NCBI GenBank assembly: GCA_050257635.1
Contig: JBLMXG010000117.1
Span: 1 to 56,444 of the forward strand
Reading direction: 5' to 3'
Length of the DNA: 56,444 bases
Origin: Chloroflexota bacterium
Lineage (GTDB): Bacteria; Desulfobacterota; Binatia; UBA9968
A model generated the notes under the pieces. That model was not told where the DNA came from. It searched no databases and saw nothing but the letters and a program-made list of their open reading frames with translations. Below, piece by piece: positions 54,803 through 56,444 of this stretch; position 1 is the stretch's first letter; each line of letters begins with the position of its first letter. The translations under genes and the position numbers were made by a program.

Positions 54803-55870
54803 ATGAAAATGTTGCTACTGCTTGTAACTCTGATCGTGTCCTTAGCAACTCCTTCTTCCCCGTCGCTGGCGCAAAGCCGTGAAGCGGCGCTCGCGGCGCT
54901 CATGAAACTCCCGGCTGCGGAGCGGCAGGCGCGGCTATTGGAAGGAGCGAAAAAGGAAACCGGTCTGGTCTGGTATTCGAGCACCACGGCCGAAGACGCG
55001 CTGGCGCTGATAAAAAAATTTCATGAGCGCCATTCGTCGATCCAGATCCAGCACTTCCGGTCCTCGAGCGAGAAACTGCTCGAACGCATCCTCGCCGAGT
55101 CGCGTGCCAACGCCTTCAAGGCCGATATCGTCGCGCTGCCGGAGCTCGAGCTCTCGATCATGATCAAGCGCAAGCTGCTGGTGCGCTACGAAGGCCTGGA
55201 AGGCTCGCTCTATCCGCCGGAAACCAAAGACCCGCATGGCTATTGGACCGGCCTTTATACTTCGGCGTGGGTGGCGGCTTACAACACTCAAATGGTGAAA
55301 AAAGGCGACGCGCCGAAGTCATACAGGGATCTGCTCAACCCCAAATGGAAGGATGCCATCGCCATGGACAACGAGCCATACAACTGGTTCGTCGTGTCGC
55401 TGCGCTATCTCGAGCGGCGCGACGGTAAGGAAGCGGCCTTGGATTACATGCGCAAGCTCGCGGCGCAGCAAATTCAGTGGCGCAAAGGCCATTCGCTGAT
55501 CGGCCAACTCATGTCGGCAGGCGAATTTCCCCTGGCTGCAGAGCTGCAAGTGCACACCGTTGAACGCACCAAGGCGCAGGGCGCTCCCGTGGAGTGGGCG
55601 GTGCTGGACGGGGTGATTCCGATCTCGAAAGTCGCCGCGGGCATTACCAGCACCGGCGCCAACGCTTACACCTCGGCGCTGTTCTACGATTTCCTCTTGT
55701 CCCGGCCGGGTATGGAAACGATCCGCGCCAGCCGGCGCATTCCGACGCGGCCCGATGTCACCGCGCCCTATTTAAAGCCGTACAAACTCCTGCCGTTCGA
55801 GCAATCCGTGATGGATGATTTCGACAAGTATGTGGCGCTGTTCCGTGAGACCTTCAAGCCGGGGCAGTAG
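54803..55870 (+). CDS. ABC transporter substrate-binding protein (AfuA/Fe3+-thiamine-like cluster)
   Basis: Signal peptide, GAKKE..LVWYSS, AYNT, PKSY.DLLNPKWK, A.LF.DFLLS. Confidence 0.85.
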   Translation: MKMLLLLVTLIVSLATPSSPSLAQSREAALAALMKLPAAERQARLLEGAKKETGLVWYSSTTAEDALALIKKFHERHSSIQIQHFRSSSEKLLERILAESRANAFKADIVALPELELSIMIKRKLLVRYEGLEGSLYPPETKDPHGYWTGLYTSAWVAAYNTQMVKKGDAPKSYRDLLNPKWKDAIAMDNEPYNWFVVSLRYLERRDGKEAALDYMRKLAAQQIQWRKGHSLIGQLMSAGEFPLAAELQVHTVERTKAQGAPVEWAVLDGVIPISKVAAGITSTGANAYTSALFYDFLLSRPGMETIRASRRIPTRPDVTAPYLKPYKLLPFEQSVMDDFDKYVALFRETFKPGQ

Positions 55871-55920
55871 AAGAAAATGTAGTGGCGCAGCGTGCTGTGC
55901 CCGGGGATTTGCACGTCGAA

Positions 55921-56444
55921 TTAACTTCCAAGGTCAAAATTCTTTTCCGCCATCTCGCAGATTTGCCGGCCAATGGCGAGGGATGCGGTGGCGCCGGGCG
56001 ACGGCGCGTTGAGCACGTGAATGGCATTTCGGCTTTGCTTGATGACAAAGTCGTCGACCAGCGCGCCGCTAGATGAGACCGCTTGAGCGCGCACTCCGGA
56101 GCCGCCGGGCACAAGATCGTTAGCGCGAATTTCCGGCATGAGCTTTTGCAGCGCGCGCACAAACGCGGCTTTGCTGAGCGAGCGGTAGAGCTCGCCGAAG
56201 CCAGTCCGCCAATATTTTCCGGTGATCGCCCAAAATCCCTTGAACGAGATCGTGCGCCAGAGATCGCTTAAATTGACATCCGTATGACGGTAGCCTTCGC
56301 GCGCGTAGGCGAATACCGCATTCGGACCGGCTTCGACTCCGCCCCGCGCCATACGCGTGAAGTGCACACCCAAAAACGGAAAAGTCGGATCCGGCACCGG
56401 GTAAATCAAGTTTCGCACCAGGAATTCCCGCTCGGGCGCGAGCT
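55921..56444 (-). CDS. lhgO: L-2-hydroxyglutarate oxidase (5'-partial)
   Basis: [45 protein letters not shown]. Confidence 0.9.
   Translation of the reverse strand, partial: LAPEREFLVRNLIYPVPDPTFPFLGVHFTRMARGGVEAGPNAVFAYAREGYRHTDVNLSDLWRTISFKGFWAITGKYWRTGFGELYRSLSKAAFVRALQKLMPEIRANDLVPGGSGVRAQAVSSSGALVDDFVIKQSRNAIHVLNAPSPGATASLAIGRQICEMAEKNFDLGS

Noticed and set aside
54001-54987. 633-aa ORF suggesting a long N-terminal fusion to the formyltransferase
   Set aside because: The upstream part is an alternative frame of the gamma-CA gene with no protein-like character; the real start is ATG 54000

Overview
A 56.4 kb, moderately GC-rich bacterial chromosomal segment. The gene families and intergenic repeat style suggest a deltaproteobacterial-like lineage such as Candidatus Binatia (inference only). 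The left half (1-26 kb) is mostly housekeeping: pncA, cysQ, hinT, gdhA, efp, coaE, grxC, tRNA-Cys(GCA), rimI, carD-ispD, cysK-larE, a GT9, DUF1844-degQ-mrcB-TPR lipoprotein-tsaD-rsmA-mutM, an MFS transporter and an NfeD/SPFH pair. The right half is accessory and metabolic. It carries a SagB-type flavoprotein, a cytochrome c-fused cytochrome bd-like pair, an oxalate/formyl-CoA cluster (ThDP enzyme, frc, ADP-forming acyl-CoA ligase), orphan solute-binding proteins, a MazEF-like module, an amidohydrolase, GST, an LLM monooxygenase, a gamma-CA-like plus formyltransferase-like pair and a partial lhgO. No CRISPR array, rRNA or intact transposase was recognised. The most unusual items are: (1) a sigma-54-preceded Flp-type pilin fused to a ~250-aa Gly/Ser linker and a C-terminal membrane anchor; (2) a ferredoxin / Pro-Ala linker / membrane / Hsp20-like fusion; (3) a run of four hairpins upstream of an unknown membrane protein; (4) an EF-P with Asn at the normally modified Lys position; (5) the c-type-cytochrome-fused CydA-like oxidase pair. 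All calls come from motif recognition and pairing by eye; no database search was run.
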